DNA of 64,000 nucleotides from Opitutaceae bacterium (GTDB taxonomy: Bacteria > Verrucomicrobiota > Verrucomicrobiia > Opitutales > Coraliomargaritaceae), in contig JBPOFY010000001.1 in the NCBI GenBank assembly GCA_051252375.1, forward strand, positions 640,001-704,000, written 5' to 3'. Shown here piece after piece: positions 20,901-29,182 of this stretch. A model generated the notes under the pieces. That model had not been told where the DNA came from, made no database searches, and saw only the letters and a list, made by a program, of their open reading frames with translations. The position numbers were made by a program, and so were the translations under genes. The stretch's first letter is position 1; each line of letters opens with the position of its first letter.

Positions 20901-20975
20901 TCCCGCGCCGAGGTGCGGCCCGACACGCAGAGTAACGCGATTGGCTTTCGCGTGGTCCTCGCTCCCGCAAAATAG
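17928..20975 (+). CDS. Ser/Thr kinase-like (probably pseudokinase) - TM - PEGA repeats - FGE/sulfatase-modifying-factor domain protein
   Basis: HRDL, MSPE and DVYGVG kinase remnants; one TM helix; TEPTGARILIND-type PEGA repeats; YRLPTEAEWE, GIYDVHGNAQEW, RGGSW, IGFRVVL (FGE). Confidence 0.85.
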   Translation: MDQEESQSEEPISPESTGERLKNRVLKPGESFGNFRVVKCQAAGLIANYYHMQHVRDLHDVTVGIFHHRVEADDKFLKRLQTLQKTLEGFQHEAIPKIVDCAVVNKRTCIFLETVKGQSLSQYFSAHGSPGNTGIDSDAVTRLVAQLLGAVGYAHSQGVDHRDLDSDMIFVKEDGSLQVLGLGIKATLGVELFESIVSASVSPLVSNKTVGRINSFDVMSPEYKGGKSEDSRVDVYGVGVLGYWLLTGQKFQLSKWVAPSELVEGLSSKWDGFFEKSLERDDEIRFQSCKIALIGLKDADVEADPDRAGFVQRQIDRIPVPKGIVERGELAARVYRLSLIGVVGLTLTALAASFLGVAFTDTEEYVREVAQEVGVGEDPTVRVKLSPPVSKLQFVGYSNKFIAIEGAIGLLVQPGDYKLLITAPHHVEQEVALHVPVEGAGDTIEMEVTLKPAWTDFRITTEPGAAISVIDDRGIEIDLGVVDGEGNFSIEKGIFAGTYQIVVKKEGYTSRTLDNQEIEFDTANEVQVDLVPLPSSVTIRTEPTGARILINDVLVGVSPVTVDDVAPAEHYLIVAHYDGYRSVGRRIEIEAGEAKVVDFGALFPRSGELTFDVTFEGISAAEALPMMGELSVEVDGDVFPYGSHQLSALKEGSHNIQLLHPQYRSEPQEVTIVDREVAKIDVQLFPRPGVVELVLPKAFKPEVLVNHEEVTLTDGLVEVPAGETVELELRIQNHLTMSRKVELAPNERFVWEVEPVAIPGPTVGQSWTMPYLGHEFAWVGSGQFSMGSPPTEPARLPNEGPETQIQLTEGFWAAIYEVTQAQFIEIMDRNPSEFLGLRKPVVNVTWKEAKQFCELLTHFEKVAHRLPVGYVYRLPTEAEWECLARAGTQSPFSFGDTADATKGNFRGVYPASNEKGVRATAHYGTVNVGSYEANPWGIYDVHGNAQEWTLDVYNGRLPGGRLVDPAPRTEGQRIAVRGGSWEDFAPLVRSASRAEVRPDTQSNAIGFRVVLAPAK

Positions 20976-21134
20976 TGCCCCGGATGCTCGGGGGCCTGAG
21001 TTAGGCGCTTAGATCTCGTGGCTGTGGTCGACATTTGATGACTATTTGCACATAGAGGTGCATTTTTCCTGTTTTTTTATGGCGCGGCTAGCCGATAGCT
21101 GTATTTTGCATCGTTTTCCCAGTTTACAGATATT

Positions 21135-22559
21135 ATGGAAAACACACCAAATGTATTAGCTACTCGTTACGCATCGAAACAGATGCGTGCTGTATGGAGC
21201 GCAGAAGGCCGTATCGCTTTAGAGCGTGATTATTGGATCGCCGTATTGCGGGCTCAAAAAGATCTCGGACTCGACGTCCCTCAAGAAGCGATTGACGCCT
21301 ATGAGCGCGTCAAAGGGCAGATTAACTTAGATTCGATCAACGAGCGCGAGGCCGTCACCCGCCACGATGTGAAAGCCCGTATCGAGGAGTTCTGCGATTT
21401 GGCAGGACATGAGCACATCCACAAGGGGCTGACTAGCCGCGACTTAACGGAGAACGTTGAGCAGCTGCAGATCATTCAGGCGATGGAGCTGGTTCGCACT
21501 AAGGCGGTGGCTGCATTACTTGCAGTGGCTGAACGTGCTGAGCAATGGAAAGACTTAGTCATCACCGCTCGCACACACAATGTGCCTGCTCAACCGACTA
21601 CATTTGGCAAACGTCTTGCGATGTTTGGCGAGGACCTGCTCATCGCAGTGCGCGAGCTCGATCGTATTATTGATAACTATCCTGTCCGTGGACTGAAGGG
21701 GCCCGTCGGCACTCAAATGGATTTATTGACTCTGTTTGGTGGCGATCAGGAAAAAGTAGCTGCCCTTGAAGAGCGCATTCTCGATCACCTCGGTGTTGGT
21801 GCTGCCCTTGATACAGTCGGGCAGGTCTATCCGCGTGGTCTCGATTTCGAAGTCGTCTCGGTCTTTGTCCGTCTCGCCTCAGGCCCCTCCAGTTTTGCCA
21901 AAACCTTACGCATCATGGCAGGTCACGAGTTGGCCAGTGAAGGTTTCTCTAAGGGGCAAGTTGGTTCGTCGGCTATGCCGCACAAGATGAATAGCCGCAG
22001 CTGCGAGCGCTTGAACGGGTTTGCGGTTATCTTGAAGGGCTACCTAACCATGGCAGCTGAACTCAGTGGTGATCAATGGAACGAGGGCGATGTTTCTTGT
22101 TCGGTTGTTCGTCGCGTCTTCCTGCCTGATAGCTTTTACGCCATCGATGGCCTGATCGACACCTTCCTCACGATTCTCAATCAAATGGAAGTCTATCCTG
22201 CCGTCATTGACCAAGAAAACCAGCGTTACGGTCCTTTCCTTGCGACCACAACGGTGCTTATGGAAGCGGTCAAAGCAGGTGCTGGCCGCGAAGAGGCCCA
22301 CGAGGCGATCAAAGAGCACGCGGTCCAAACCGTGCGCGATCTACGCTCCGGCTTGATCAGTAGTAATGACTTGGTCGCCCGCTTGGCTGGCGATGCCCGC
22401 CTCGGCTTATCATTGGAGCAGCTCACCGAAATGATGTCTCGCGCTCAAGCGATGACCGGTCTAGCAGCCACACAGGTAAATAATTTCTGTGCTGCGGTTC
22501 GCGAAGATGCCCAAAATTTCCCTGGTGCTTCCGATTATAAGCCCGGTGCGATTCTTTAA
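21135..22559 (+). CDS. purB: Adenylosuccinate lyase
   Basis: RHDVKA, RTHNVPAQPTT, GSSAMPHKMN signature. Confidence 0.93.
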   Translation: MENTPNVLATRYASKQMRAVWSAEGRIALERDYWIAVLRAQKDLGLDVPQEAIDAYERVKGQINLDSINEREAVTRHDVKARIEEFCDLAGHEHIHKGLTSRDLTENVEQLQIIQAMELVRTKAVAALLAVAERAEQWKDLVITARTHNVPAQPTTFGKRLAMFGEDLLIAVRELDRIIDNYPVRGLKGPVGTQMDLLTLFGGDQEKVAALEERILDHLGVGAALDTVGQVYPRGLDFEVVSVFVRLASGPSSFAKTLRIMAGHELASEGFSKGQVGSSAMPHKMNSRSCERLNGFAVILKGYLTMAAELSGDQWNEGDVSCSVVRRVFLPDSFYAIDGLIDTFLTILNQMEVYPAVIDQENQRYGPFLATTTVLMEAVKAGAGREEAHEAIKEHAVQTVRDLRSGLISSNDLVARLAGDARLGLSLEQLTEMMSRAQAMTGLAATQVNNFCAAVREDAQNFPGASDYKPGAIL

Positions 22560-22629
22560 GTATTGCTTTCAACTAAGGCCAAATTACACAAACAGCACAT
22601 CCTTTATACAAATTAACTAAATACATACT

Positions 22630-23892
22630 ATGCCCGAAGAACTCGAAGGAAATTGTCTAGTCGCCCAGTCCGGCGGCCCCACATCGGTTATCAATGCAAG
22701 CCTCTCCGGCGTCGTTGCAGAAGCGCTCAATCATGAGTGCATCGAAGAGATATACGGTGGCCTCAATGGCGTGCTCGGTATTCTAAACGAGCAGTTGGTC
22801 GATCTCGCAGCTGAATCTCAACAAAACATCCGTGGCTTGCGCTTCACGCCGGGCGCTGCCCTCGGCACTTGCCGTTATAAGCTCAAGAAGCAGTCCGATT
22901 TCGACCGCGTCCTTGAAGTCTTTGAGGCGCATAATATCCGTTATTTCTTCTATGCTGGCGGTAACGATTCTCAAGACACTGCAGATAAAATCTCCAAGCT
23001 CGCTCAAGAGCGTGGTTATGCACTCCGTGTGATCGGTATTCCAAAGACGATCGATAATGATCTCGTCACCACTGACCACACTCCTGGTTATGGCTCTGTG
23101 ATTAAATACATCGCGACCACAGTTAAGGAAATCGCAGCAGACAACGCTGGCATGGGTCAGCATGACCTTGTTCAAATCATCGAAGTCATGGGCCGTAGCG
23201 CTGGTTGGATTGCTGCTGGTGCCTCGCTTGCGAAACGCCGCGACGAGCCAAGCGCAGCGCCACACCTTATCTATCTCCCAGAAGTGGCATTCTCTGCTGA
23301 GAAGTTCATTGCCGATGTGCAGGGTGTTTTGCAGAAGGAAAAATACTGCGTTGTCGTTGTTGGCGAAGGTCTTGTTGATGCCGATGGAAACTTTGTCTCT
23401 ACAGACAGTGCAAGTGCGGATGCTTTCGGACACACACAACTCGGTGGTGCCGGTGAGTATCTTCGTAGCCTTGCCGAAGAATCCCTTCAAGTTAAAGCGC
23501 GCTCGGTCAAGCTCGGTATGTCGCAACGCGCAGCCGTTCATTGCTCTTCGCAAACGGACAACGACGAAGCTTATTTAGCTGGTCAAGCAGCGGTTCGCGC
23601 AGCGGTTTCCGGTGAGACTGATAAGATGGTCACACTGGTTCGCGGTGAAGGTGATACCTACACTTGCGAGACTGGTCTTACATCGCTTTCTGAAATCGCC
23701 AACGGCGTGAAGAAGCTCCCTGAGAGCTGGATCAACGAAGACGGTGTCAGCATGAACTACAACTTCTACAAGTATGCATTGCCCCTTATCCAGGGTGAAG
23801 TGCAAGTGCCTTACGAGAACGGCGTGCCAGCACTCGTGAAGCTCAAAATGGAGAAGATCGATCGTCAGCTCGGCGCACACAATTTCGAGTAA
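22630..23892 (+). CDS. pfkA: 6-phosphofructokinase (PPi-dependent-type group)
   Basis: QSGGPTSVIN, GGNDS, PKTIDND, EVMGR motifs. Confidence 0.9.
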   Translation: MPEELEGNCLVAQSGGPTSVINASLSGVVAEALNHECIEEIYGGLNGVLGILNEQLVDLAAESQQNIRGLRFTPGAALGTCRYKLKKQSDFDRVLEVFEAHNIRYFFYAGGNDSQDTADKISKLAQERGYALRVIGIPKTIDNDLVTTDHTPGYGSVIKYIATTVKEIAADNAGMGQHDLVQIIEVMGRSAGWIAAGASLAKRRDEPSAAPHLIYLPEVAFSAEKFIADVQGVLQKEKYCVVVVGEGLVDADGNFVSTDSASADAFGHTQLGGAGEYLRSLAEESLQVKARSVKLGMSQRAAVHCSSQTDNDEAYLAGQAAVRAAVSGETDKMVTLVRGEGDTYTCETGLTSLSEIANGVKKLPESWINEDGVSMNYNFYKYALPLIQGEVQVPYENGVPALVKLKMEKIDRQLGAHNFE

Positions 23893-23913
23893 ACGATCTG
23901 TTACGAACTTTTC

Positions 23914-23951
23914 AAAGTCCGGTCACCGTGCAAACGGGGCCGGACTTTTTT
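23914..23951 (+). terminator. Rho-independent terminator after pfk
   Basis: AAAGTCCGGTCACCGT-GCAA-ACGGGGCCGGACTTTTTT. Confidence 0.8.
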
Positions 23952-24019
23952 GTGCAAGGTATCATTTTCTGGTTTCTATATCTGGTGTTATGACCGGCTT
24001 CAGTGTAGTAAAAGCAAAT

Positions 24020-24610
24020 ATGAAACTACCCCCGCTTCAACTTTCCTTCGTTCTGATCGCTTTTTTTCTAGATGTATGCCTATGCCATGCCGCTCTTTTG
24101 GAAGTGGATCTCAGTGTGGTGAATCAAATCACCATTACAGCGACCTCAGAAGCTTCCGCGGTGACTGTGAGCGGATCGGATGGCACTGGGTTCTATTTGG
24201 AGAATCTTTTTGGTGTAAATACAACCACCGCACTATTTGAAACGGCGCTGTCTGGGGGGGATCTGACGAGCTTTTCCAATTCCTCTGATGGGACACCGCA
24301 AATTTTTGTGGCCCCGAGCGATCCCGGCTTGAATGTGTGGTCTTACACGAATGATGCCGCGAGTCAGTTTACTGACGGCGTGCAGGCATTTTCAGGGAGC
24401 GCGACTTGGAACGTGAATAGTTCGATGTATGCGCTCGCATTGCTAGGCCCCGAAAGTGGTGGCGTATATTTTGTAGCAGGCAGTCTTGCTGACGTCGACG
24501 GTGCTGAACTATTGGGCACTTGGACGGTTGTCCCCGAGCCGAGCCATGCGGCTATTCTGGCGGGTGCTTTAGCGGTGAGTATGGTTCTGCTAAATCGCCG
24601 TCGACTATAG
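24020..24610 (+). CDS. PEP-CTERM sorting-domain surface protein
   Basis: Signal peptide; C-terminal VPEPSHAAILAGALAVSMVLLNRRRL. Confidence 0.88.
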   Translation: MKLPPLQLSFVLIAFFLDVCLCHAALLEVDLSVVNQITITATSEASAVTVSGSDGTGFYLENLFGVNTTTALFETALSGGDLTSFSNSSDGTPQIFVAPSDPGLNVWSYTNDAASQFTDGVQAFSGSATWNVNSSMYALALLGPESGGVYFVAGSLADVDGAELLGTWTVVPEPSHAAILAGALAVSMVLLNRRRL

Positions 24611-24617
24611 AAGCGGG

Positions 24618-25130
24618 CTACAGCGTCGCGTCGATGGCTCGAATCGCGGTGCCGAAACGTTCGGTTTCGTTGCCGCTGATTTCAACATAAGGTAGCTCTA
24701 GCTTGTCCAGTGTTTCTTTGAACAGTCGGTGCAGTGCGTCGCGGACTTCGGGGCCTTCACGTTGTCCTTCGTCGGGCACCCATGGGATGTCCGGCATGCA
24801 GAGCAAATACAGGCTATAGTCTCTCGCGAGGAACGCCTCATTGACCCAATCAATCACTGTCTCGAAATAGTAATTCGCGTAGATGATGGAAGAGAGGATG
24901 TTAGTGTCGTGTATAATTAAGCGATTTGCTTCTGCGGTGGCGTGATCTTCTTGGGCAAGTTGCCCTTTCGCGATGGGGGCCAAATCTTCTACGGAAAGTG
25001 CATGCTCGATGCCGTCCACATATTGTCGAACAAACTCACTAGTCCACGGTTCGCCATAGTAGCCGGAGAGCGCTGCAGCGAGCGTGCTTTTACCGGTGGA
25101 CTCTGCGCCAGTTAAAACGATGCGCTTCAT
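24618..25130 (-). CDS. NadR-type ribosylnicotinamide kinase/AAA ATPase domain protein
   Basis: GAESTGKST Walker A, DIPWVPDEGQR; adjacent to pnuC. Confidence 0.8.
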   Translation of the reverse strand: MKRIVLTGAESTGKSTLAAALSGYYGEPWTSEFVRQYVDGIEHALSVEDLAPIAKGQLAQEDHATAEANRLIIHDTNILSSIIYANYYFETVIDWVNEAFLARDYSLYLLCMPDIPWVPDEGQREGPEVRDALHRLFKETLDKLELPYVEISGNETERFGTAIRAIDATL

Positions 25131-25133
25131 TGT

Positions 25134-25742
25134 TTATGAGACTGCAGGCGACGAGGCGAGTTGCCCGCGCCAGTCGATGTAACCTTTGATCGCAAGCGCG
25201 ATGAAGGTGGTAAAGAGTATCACGCTGGGCCAAGAAGCACCCATGGCGAATAGACCGACATAGATCAGGTCGGTCACGATCCAAAATAGCCAAGTTTCGA
25301 TGTGCTTGCGGCTGAGCATCCATTGCGCGACGAATCCGCAGCAGGTGGCAAAGGCGTCGAGGTAGGGGAGGTTGGCTTCGCCGGTCGATTGCAGTAACCA
25401 GCCAATGCCCAATGTGCCGGCGCAAATAAATCCGGTAACGATCGCCCAGTGCTTGCTTTGAGTCTTTGAGACTGGAAGTTCGGGGGTGCCCTCGGCCGGT
25501 GTGCGCGACCATTTGGTCCAGCCATAAATCGAGATGCCGATGAAGATGATATTCATCCCCATGAAGGCCTTTAGCCCAAATTGATAGCTGATGTAGACGT
25601 AGCTAGTGTAGCAAATAATGAACAGGGGCCAGGCTGCCAGCTTCTCCTTGATGCTGAGCCAGACACCCACGATGCCAGTCACCATGCCCAGCCATTCCAC
25701 CCAAGTCGTTAGAGCTAGCTGTTCTAGGAATGTATCGAGCAT
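25134..25742 (-). CDS. pnuC: Nicotinamide riboside transporter PnuC family
   Basis: Multi-TM protein; PYLDAF, AQWMLSRKHIETWLFWIVTD motif. Confidence 0.85.
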   Translation of the reverse strand: MLDTFLEQLALTTWVEWLGMVTGIVGVWLSIKEKLAAWPLFIICYTSYVYISYQFGLKAFMGMNIIFIGISIYGWTKWSRTPAEGTPELPVSKTQSKHWAIVTGFICAGTLGIGWLLQSTGEANLPYLDAFATCCGFVAQWMLSRKHIETWLFWIVTDLIYVGLFAMGASWPSVILFTTFIALAIKGYIDWRGQLASSPAVS

Positions 25743-25779
25743 CTATTTGCTGGAGGCGTTCTCTCGCAAGGAAATCAGC

Positions 25780-26076
25780 CTAGTCTGCGTCGTAGATTTT
25801 TACCTTTTTCCAGAGATCTTTGTTTTTCAAAAACTCTGTATGAATCGGGTCCGCCTGATAGGCGTCATGCTGCGCGACGTCTTTTAGGACAACGGTCAGG
25901 CAAAAGTCATAGCTGGTGTCGATCACTGGGCGCTCTGTAGTCTCGGCAGGGGAGCCGACATAAATGGCTTCCGCGTGCTGGATGCCTTTCATGGTTTCGA
26001 GCGAGATGCGGAAATCGGTGATTTGATCGCCATCGAGATCTTTGCGTAACCAAAATAATACAGTGTGAACTAACAT
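25780..26076 (-). CDS. Dabb family stress-responsive alpha/beta barrel protein
   Basis: MLVHTVLFWL...HDAYQADPIHTEF. Confidence 0.8.
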   Translation of the reverse strand: MLVHTVLFWLRKDLDGDQITDFRISLETMKGIQHAEAIYVGSPAETTERPVIDTSYDFCLTVVLKDVAQHDAYQADPIHTEFLKNKDLWKKVKIYDAD

Positions 26077-26093
26077 AGGGATATTCGTTGGGG

Positions 26094-26693
26094 TTAAAGA
26101 ATGCCTGTGATGATCGCTCGCAGTTCGTCGTGATTGGTCGCGACAGATAGATCGGGACGTTCTTTGATCAAACGCTCGGGTGGGCAAAAGAGTGACTTGT
26201 TGTCGGCGCAGTCGATCATGCTGAGATCGTTGTAGGAATCGCCGGCTGCGAAAGTGTCAAAGTTGAGTGCTTTGAACGCCTCAACTGCCTTGCGCTTGTG
26301 GTCGGGGAGACGGAGCTTGTAGTCCGCGATGCGCCCAGTTTCGTCGATCACGAGATCGTGGCAAAACAGTGTCGGATGATCGAGCTTTGCCATCAGTGGT
26401 CCTGCAAATTGGCTGAAGGTATCGGAAAGGATGACGAGGCGAGTCTGCGACTTCACCCATGCCACGAATTCCTCTGCGCCGGGCAGCGGGTCGAGTGTGC
26501 CGATCACTTCTTCAATGTCGGCTAGCTTGAAGCCTTCGCGATCTAAGATGTCCAAGCGATAACGCATGAGCGTATCATAGCAGGGCTCCTCGCGAGTGGT
26601 GCGCTTGAGCGCTTCGATGCCGGTTTTTTCGGCAAAAGCAATCCAGATTTCAGGGATCAATACCCCTTCAAGGTCGAGACAAACGATATTCAT
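26094..26693 (-). CDS. thrH: Phosphoserine phosphatase/homoserine phosphotransferase
   Basis: HAD motif DLEGVLIPEIW, SDTF, AAGDSYND. Confidence 0.9.
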   Translation of the reverse strand: MNIVCLDLEGVLIPEIWIAFAEKTGIEALKRTTREEPCYDTLMRYRLDILDREGFKLADIEEVIGTLDPLPGAEEFVAWVKSQTRLVILSDTFSQFAGPLMAKLDHPTLFCHDLVIDETGRIADYKLRLPDHKRKAVEAFKALNFDTFAAGDSYNDLSMIDCADNKSLFCPPERLIKERPDLSVATNHDELRAIITGIL

Positions 26694-26746
26694 GCCTCCT
26701 AGACCGCGAGAATCGGGCGCTGAGTCAATCTCAATTCCGCTGAAGG

Positions 26747-27310
26747 CTACTCTGGCGGGAAAGCTGTCAGTATTTCGCTGACGATGATTTGCACCTCCGA
26801 GTCAGTCGGTGCGCTCCAACCGAGGCGCTTGGTGTATGCGCCGCGCCAGACGAGTTCTTTCGAGCTGTTGTCGATGATATCGACGATAAAGGTGCCTTGT
26901 TCGTATTGGTCGATGTCCACGTGAGAGTAGCCGCTATAGCCCATGTAGGGGTAGCGGCGAAACGGAGTGGCGCCGACACCGAGGTCGTTCACTTCCGTTT
27001 TTGTTTTTGTCACTGTGTTGAAAGTCACTCTGAAATCGGGCGTCGCACAATCTTGCGTGAAGCCTTTCGCTGTGAGCTCACGAGTGATCGCCGATTCGAT
27101 ACGGCGATCCACGATCGGGCTCAGCACAACGTCTTGATAATGGCTGCGCGTATCTCGCGAATCGATAGCGAAGCATTTGTAGCTGCGAAGCGCTGTGACT
27201 GCGGAGCGATCATAGTCGACCGTGGTCGGAGAGACGCAACCAGAGAGGATTATTAAGGCGGCTACGGCGAAGGAGAGATGCAAAAGGCGCATGTTCATAA
27301 ATAGAAACAT
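26747..27310 (-). CDS. DUF4136 family lipoprotein
   Basis: Lipobox LSGC, VDYD, YEQGTFIVDIID..KELVWRG, ending FPP. Confidence 0.8.
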   Translation of the reverse strand: MFLFMNMRLLHLSFAVAALIILSGCVSPTTVDYDRSAVTALRSYKCFAIDSRDTRSHYQDVVLSPIVDRRIESAITRELTAKGFTQDCATPDFRVTFNTVTKTKTEVNDLGVGATPFRRYPYMGYSGYSHVDIDQYEQGTFIVDIIDNSSKELVWRGAYTKRLGWSAPTDSEVQIIVSEILTAFPPE

Positions 27311-27346
27311 GCGCCTTAGTTGGTAAAATGCAATCGTGCTTACAGC

Positions 27347-27688
27347 TTAGAATGGTGGCTCTTCGTCGAGCACTTCATCGCCCGGATCGAATGGAGGTGG
27401 CTCGTCGTCGTTGCTACTGCTGGCTCCAGCGCTTTCAACTTTCCATGCGGCGAGGTTGACGAAGTATTTGCCCTGCCACTCGCGACCATTGATGTCGAAG
27501 GTGACTTTCACTTGGTCGCCCTTGCTGAGCTTGTTCACCAGCTCGACTTTATCCTTCAGGCACTCGAATTTGAGGTCCTGGGGAAATTTGTCTGCGGTAG
27601 AAGTGACCACGAACTCGCGCTTGTTAAAGCCGCTGGCGAAGGTCTGTTCTTCAAAGATTTCTTTTACTGTTCCGGATAGTTCAAACAT
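27347..27688 (-). CDS. DUF3127 family OB-fold protein
   Basis: [30 protein letters not shown]; acidic tail ending EEPPF. Confidence 0.8.
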   Translation of the reverse strand: MFELSGTVKEIFEEQTFASGFNKREFVVTSTADKFPQDLKFECLKDKVELVNKLSKGDQVKVTFDINGREWQGKYFVNLAAWKVESAGASSSNDDEPPPFDPGDEVLDEEPPF

Positions 27689-27786
27689 GTGGGCGAGCTA
27701 AGTGGGCGGTCGTTCGAGAAGCAAAACTTTTTTCGAGTGGAGACCGTGTTCTTGGGTATTTTTAATGAAAAGTGAGTTTCTGCCTG

Positions 27787-28407
27787 CTAAAAGGGCAGCG
27801 TCATTAGAATCATGTGACCACCCTCATGCATTAATTCGACGCCATCGATCAATATAATGGCGAGGAGGAACCACACCACTTCTCGCATGCCACGCTCAAT
27901 AATCCTAGGCGCAACGATCAGCGACTGCAGCGTGCTGGGGCGTTGCCATTTCGGGAAAAAACGAGGAGTTGACTGAAAGTAAGTGAGGCATGGAGCTCCG
28001 AATAATTGCTGCAATCTGATTTCTTCGCTTTTGATGACGCCTCTGTAATAGACGAGGTAAAGGGAGGAGGCGATCAAGCAGAGCGAGATACTTTGAAGTG
28101 CGGCGAAAAAACCGATCACGCCAATAAAGGAAAATAGATAGAGTGGGTTGCGGCATAAGGAGTATGGACCCTCTGTGCACAGTTCGCGGTCTTTACGACC
28201 GGAAATGTATATGAGGCACCAGATCCTGCCGAGTGCGGCCAAGATCAGTAGCGAGTAGCCGGTGAACTCCAATATCTCATGGAATTGATTCCCATTGCCC
28301 TTTGGTGCGGTTAAAAGAGCAAGGAGGATGAAAATTATCGCAAGCAAGCGTGACAGCGGCTTGCGTAGTTTTTCATATTTGGACGATGATTTTGAGTGCT
28401 TCTGCAT
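27787..28407 (-). CDS. Isoprenylcysteine carboxyl methyltransferase/PEMT family membrane protein
   Basis: LCTEGPYSLCRNPLY, EE..L...FG, PRFFP. Confidence 0.8.
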   Translation of the reverse strand: MQKHSKSSSKYEKLRKPLSRLLAIIFILLALLTAPKGNGNQFHEILEFTGYSLLILAALGRIWCLIYISGRKDRELCTEGPYSLCRNPLYLFSFIGVIGFFAALQSISLCLIASSLYLVYYRGVIKSEEIRLQQLFGAPCLTYFQSTPRFFPKWQRPSTLQSLIVAPRIIERGMREVVWFLLAIILIDGVELMHEGGHMILMTLPF

Positions 28408-28477
28408 AGCCTATATAGACTCCTGCTACACCATCGCGTTCATAATATTAACGAAGACATTACGTTATATTTAAACG

Positions 28478-29083
28478 CTACTTCGGGAACTTGTCGCGGA
28501 AAACAACTTCGTCATATTCCAGCTGACCTCCGCGGACATTTGCGTCTTTCAGCGCTTTGCCCACGGTGAGCATCATGCCGATGATATGGTTGTCCGGTAG
28601 ACCGATGATCTCGCCGACTTTGACTGGATCGAAACCGATCATCGGGCAGGAATCATAGCCCATCGATTTAGCCGAGAGCATGAGTGTTTGTGCTGCAATG
28701 CCGACCGAACGCATGGCTTCATCGCGCTGCAGTTGTGGGTTATTTTCGTAGAAAGGCGCGATCATTGGCACGAGCATGTCTTGCACGGGTTGCGGGGCAT
28801 GCACCCAGTAGCGTTCGCCGCCGACATGTGCATTGAGATCGGCGCAGAGTAGGATCGTGATCGATGCTTCGCTGACATGCGCCTGGTTCCATGAAGCCTC
28901 GCGGATGGCTTCTTGCTCGGCTTGATCGGTGACGACAACAAAGCGCCAGTTTTGCATATTAAAAGAGGTCGGCGAGAGCAGCGCGAGCTCAAGTAGCTCT
29001 TGGATTTCGACTTCCGACATCTTATGGTTCGGGTCGTAATATTTAACAGAGCGGCGTTGGTGTATAGCTGTAGTTGTGTCCAT
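28478..29083 (-). CDS. Nitroreductase family protein
   Basis: RRSVK, SPTSFNMQNWRF, GYDSCPMIGFD. Confidence 0.9.
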   Translation of the reverse strand: MDTTTAIHQRRSVKYYDPNHKMSEVEIQELLELALLSPTSFNMQNWRFVVVTDQAEQEAIREASWNQAHVSEASITILLCADLNAHVGGERYWVHAPQPVQDMLVPMIAPFYENNPQLQRDEAMRSVGIAAQTLMLSAKSMGYDSCPMIGFDPVKVGEIIGLPDNHIIGMMLTVGKALKDANVRGGQLEYDEVVFRDKFPK

Positions 29084-29182
29084 GCGCGAAGCTTGCCGTT
29101 ATTTTGCGAAGAATCAAGTAGGGAGGTGTTTTCCATAGTTGGTTGTAAGCTTTTTGACGCTACGCTGTTATGTATGGGTAAT

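Noticed and set aside
22783..23553. 256-aa antisense ORF opposite pfk
   Set aside because: Shadow of a conserved, codon-biased gene; no protein-like motifs.
25742..25780. Riboswitch upstream of pnuC
   Set aside because: The spacer is only ~37 nt and pnuC appears operon-internal.
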